From: Balamuthia mandrillaris
Lineage: Eukaryota
Direction of reading: 5' to 3'
DNA: 64,000 bases
Assembly (NCBI GenBank): GCA_031835245.2
Contig: JAVKOQ020000103.1
Location: forward strand, 1-64,000
The translations under genes and the position numbers were made by a program. The notes under the pieces were generated by a model that saw nothing but the letters and a program-made list of their open reading frames with translations, was not told the DNA's origin and made no database searches. Shown one piece after another: positions 60,081 through 64,000 of this stretch (the stretch's first letter is position 1; each line of letters begins with the position of its first letter).

Positions 60081-62447
60081 ATGAAGTCCGTGACCCTGTC
60101 CTTGGTGTGCCTGTTGTTTTTGTCCCTTCTCGGTTTGTTTTCTTTTCTTTTGTTTTTTCTCCTCTTCCTCGATGAGTTTGTTTTTTTTAAAATCTTCTCA
60201 CGATGCTCTCTGCTCATTGTTTCTCCTTCTCTCCCCTTTTCTTTTTCTTTCTTATATCCCCGATAAACAAAGGTGGCCGCCAAGCCGAGGGACAGGGCAT
60301 CTACGACGAGCTTCTGGCGCCGTCCCACCCGGATGCCATCTGCGTGAACAAAAGCGAGATTGACTTTGGGGAGTCCGGCTGCGGGGAGTACCTGACCTAC
60401 GACATGGTCTACTATGTGCCGGGCGTGAAGCTTCCCAATGTTACCGGCGATGGCTTTGACATCTGGAAAGAGGCCGCGATAGGGTTGGTGAACTCCGCTT
60501 TTGTGCTTTCTTTTTTTTTCTCCATCTGTTTTTTCTTCTCTCTCTCTCTCTCGTTGAATGTGCTGCTCACAGACCCAATAAAAAAACAGTTCTTCCCTCC
60601 CTTTCATTGCCAACTCGGCCTGCCGAGTAACTTCGGCGAGGTACCTGTGCCCGACGTACTATCGGGAGTGCATCGAGGTGCTCTCCCCCAACGCCGACCC
60701 CGACAACTACACCCCCGATCCCGACAACTACACCCCGGACCAAGTGGCCAGGGTCAGCCCCTACGCTTGCAATTTCCTCTGTGAGGAGCACAATGCCCCG
60801 TGCGCCCCCAGCATCCCCGAGGAGTTCCACGACGAGTACCTCAACTGCGATAAGCCCAACACTTACTTCTTTGGCGAGACCATCTATAAGATCTTTCCCT
60901 ACGGCAACGTGACGGTGCAAGCGATTGCTCCCAACGGTGACACCTGGGATTATGAGTATCAGTGCTACGATGGCAGTCGCGACATTTCATGTTCGTTCTC
61001 TTCCTTATGCTTCTCCTTCTTTCTCGTGTTTTTTGTGCACTGGCTTTGGCTAACTGAAACAAAAAAAAATAATTCAACAGACATTGTTTCGTTCGGGTGT
61101 CCGAACGGAATGCATAAAACAGGCCCCAACACGTGTGCATTCAACTGCCCAGAACCACTGCTGAACGATGACGAGTTCGACACCATCACGGACATGATGA
61201 GCGGCATTTCTTGGATCAGCTTTGTCTTGATGGCCTTCCTCATCATCACCTACCTCGTGGATCGCTCTCGAAGGAAGTTCCCCAACCATCTGCCCATGTT
61301 CTTCTTCATCGCCATCATGTGCTTCTCCTTCGCCTTCTGCTTGGCCAGCGTGCTTCCTGATGGCACCAAGGACATGTTGTGCGAGGATGAAGAGAAGCCG
61401 AACTACTTTGGCGCTGGAGCATGCACAGTGCAAGGCATGCTCGTGGTGTACTTCTTCATGGCAGCTGTTCTTTGGTGGTTGGTCATCTGCTTCAACATCT
61501 TCATCATGATGATCTTCGCTGCCCAAGGCATCGACTGGAAGAAAGGATCGACGGCAACGATCATGATGGTGTGCTATCACTTGGTAGCGTGGGTTCTCCC
61601 CTTGATTCCCTTGATCATCAGCTTGGGGGCGGAGAGACTGGGAGCCAACGGATCGGACTTGTGGTGCACCATCCACTCGACCGACGAGGACAACGCCCTG
61701 ACCTTCATCATTGGAGCAGGAGATGGAATCGAGACGGAAGGAGAGACAACCAACGTGTGGAACTTTGTCTTGTTCTGGATGCCCATCGTGCTGTGCATCG
61801 CCATCGGCATGTGCTTGATCATGGTGGTCATCATCTACCAAATCCGACAGGAGTCTGGTTTGCGAGGTTGCTGGACTTTTGTGAAAGGCCAATGGAGGAT
61901 CTTTGCCTTCCTGGGCTTGTACATCTGGGTCTGTATCTTCTTGTTCGCTTTCCAGCTGGACTTTTTGAACAGAAGAAACGATCAGTACGATGCCTATGAG
62001 GAGCACATCAATTGTCTCTTCAGGAAGTCAGCACTCGAGAACTATCATGAGAAGGTCGGCACTCCCATTCCAGAGGAACAAATCGTGGATTGCACTGTTG
62101 CCTCAGAGGTACATTTCTTTTCTTATCGTTGCTCTCTCTCTTCCTCTCCTACTCGTTCTCTTTGTCCTCCTAACCATAATCGAAACCTACGCATCAACCA
62201 GATAAACTATCCGTTGTGGGTGTTGGCAGCATTCAACTTTGCAGGCCAAGGTATCTTCGTCTTCTTCATCTTCGGCACTAGCCGTCGCATCTACCGCGCC
62301 TGGTGGAAGCTTATCTCCACCGGTTCCCTCTTGTCAAGCTCATCAGCCAGCAGCGCCGACCCCAGCGTTGAAAAAGGCACCGGCAGAGTCAACCGAGTGA
62401 AAGGAAAGCAATTGAGCTCTACCAAGAGCGACGATGATGGGCTGTAA
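60081..62447 (+). CDS. Frizzled/Smoothened-like GPCR, copy E
   Basis: Leader MKSVTLSLVCLLFLSLL, CRD with a DPDNYTP duplication, 7TM, ending SDDDGL*. Confidence 0.9.
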
Positions 62448-63110
62448 CAAACATCTTTACAGCCAGTCAACCCCGTTTTTGTAACACGAGCACGTTTTTG
62501 TTCCCGCCTTTTTTTTGACTAGTTATGCACAGGAAAAGAGCAAGTTTTTTTTTTGTTTTTCAAATGTTTTTTGTAAAAGAAAATCGTTATAAATTCAACA
62601 CTTTTCAATTCTGTCTTTGTTGCATCTCATTTTTCTTATCGTGGATACGACAACACTGCCCACAGGGCAACGAAACTTGACGGATGCTTCAACCTGTTAT
62701 TTTCTTTTCTTACAGGTCCATCTACTGAAGCTGATCACTTCCTTTTGAGTATATAGGAAAAAAGGGAGGCTGTTGTGTTTAAAGAAACGTGAGATTTGGA
62801 CTTTCCATTACCTACCTTACACCTGGTTTTTTCACTATCCACTGGGGTAATATAGGCCTAACGTGATTGGTGGCCCCATCGTTTATTAATTAATATAGGA
62901 ATCAAACGGTCTGTTTTACCATAACTCACCGATAGCATCGCTCGTTGACATTTTCTTTTTGTCCGTATTGCACGCGGAGGCTGTGGAACCGTTGGCACGC
63001 AAGAGCTCAGCTTCTTATTAAAAGAGAAAAATACAACAAAAACAAGCGAATACGCCAACAGTCTTACAGCAAACCAAGTAAAACAGTCCCTTCACTTTTA
63101 TCCACGCCAC

Positions 63111-63259
63111 ATGCAGCCGCTTACTACTTTCCTTGCCTGCTTGTTGTTTTTGTCTCTTCCCTCCTTTCTTGGTTTGTTTCTATTTTTGTTTCTATTTCTT
63201 TGTATTGCCCACTTGTAACTCTTTCTCTATTTCAGTTTCACTTGCCCTCGCTCTCTCAG

Positions 63260-63292
<33 letters not shown>

Positions 63293-64000
63293 GTCTCTCT
63301 CTCCGTCTCCCTCTCTCTCACTCTCTCACTCTCTCTCTCTCTCTCTCCCTCTGTGTTCGCTTTCTCTCTGCTAACAACCCTGAGAAAACAAAAGTCGCTC
63401 GCCAAAGCGACTCACCAAGAGGTATCTATGACGAGCTTTTGGCACCATCCCACCCAAACGCCATCTGCGTGAACAAAAGCGAGATAGACTTTGGCTCCTC
63501 TGGCTGCGAGCAATACTTGGACTACGACATGGTCTACATGGTGCCCGGCGTACAGATTCCCAACACCACAGGCGACGGCTTTGACGTCTGGAAAGAAATT
63601 GTCATTGGGTAAGTGCTCTGCTCTTTCATGGTCTTTTTTTTTTGTTTTTGTTGTTCATTCTTTTCAGCCTTTTGAGTTTCTTTTTCTCTCATGCTTTCGT
63701 TCGTTGTTTACGTTTTGTTTTCAAAAAAAATAATAATAAGGTTCACCCTTCCATTTGTCTCGAACTCTGCTTGTCGAATCCACTCGGCGAGGCACCTGTG
63801 CCCGACGTACTATCGGGAGTGCATCGAGGTGCTCTCCCCTAACGCCGATCCCGACAACTACACCCCTGACCAAGTGGCCAGGGTTGGCCCCTACGTTTGC
63901 CGAGACCTCTGCCTGGAGTACATTCCATTCTGCGAAACGAGTGTGCCGGCAGAGTTCCAAGAGGCATTCCTCAACTGTGAGACACCTAATCCCGTTTTCT
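63111..64000 (+). CDS. Frizzled/Smoothened-like GPCR, copy F (partial, runs off the window)
   Basis: Leader MQPLTTFLACLLFLSL, then GIYDELLAPSHPNAICVNKSEIDFG and CPTYYRECIEVLSPNADPDNY. Confidence 0.88.

Noticed and set aside
60678..62447. Stop-free 3n introns (60991-61080, 62109-62201; also cyanase 10171-10236) as programmed intron retention
   Set aside because: Short pyrimidine-rich introns often lack stops by chance, and homologous introns in other paralogues are not open.

Overview
This is a gene-dense, intron-containing eukaryotic chromosome end, with (CCCTAA)n telomere repeats at positions 1-37. Gene content and style suggest a free-living amoebozoan, possibly Balamuthia/Acanthamoeba-like; this is inferred, not verified. 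The evidence is short GT-AG introns full of CT microsatellites, F-box/ankyrin 'GCPWDE' proteins, Frizzled/Smoothened-like receptors and a tyrosine-kinase-type kinase. About 27 protein-coding genes can be reconstructed. Highlights: (1) a head-to-head pair of cyanase paralogues, both carrying signal peptides and intact catalytic residues; (2) an intronless gene joining a BC/SOCS-box-like motif to a domain resembling the bacterial nuclease-A inhibitor NuiA; (3) an intronless phage/giant-virus-type 'HCDKHVVKM' glycosylase-like gene; (4) six class-F (Frizzled/Smoothened-like) GPCR genes, five of them in a tandem array, plus a pseudogene fragment, with mosaic sequence sharing and hypervariable loops; (5) two recurrent promoter motifs, GTCGAC clusters and tRNA-less B-boxes antisense to the adjacent gene. 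All family calls come from motif recognition by eye. No searches were run, and exon boundaries are manual.
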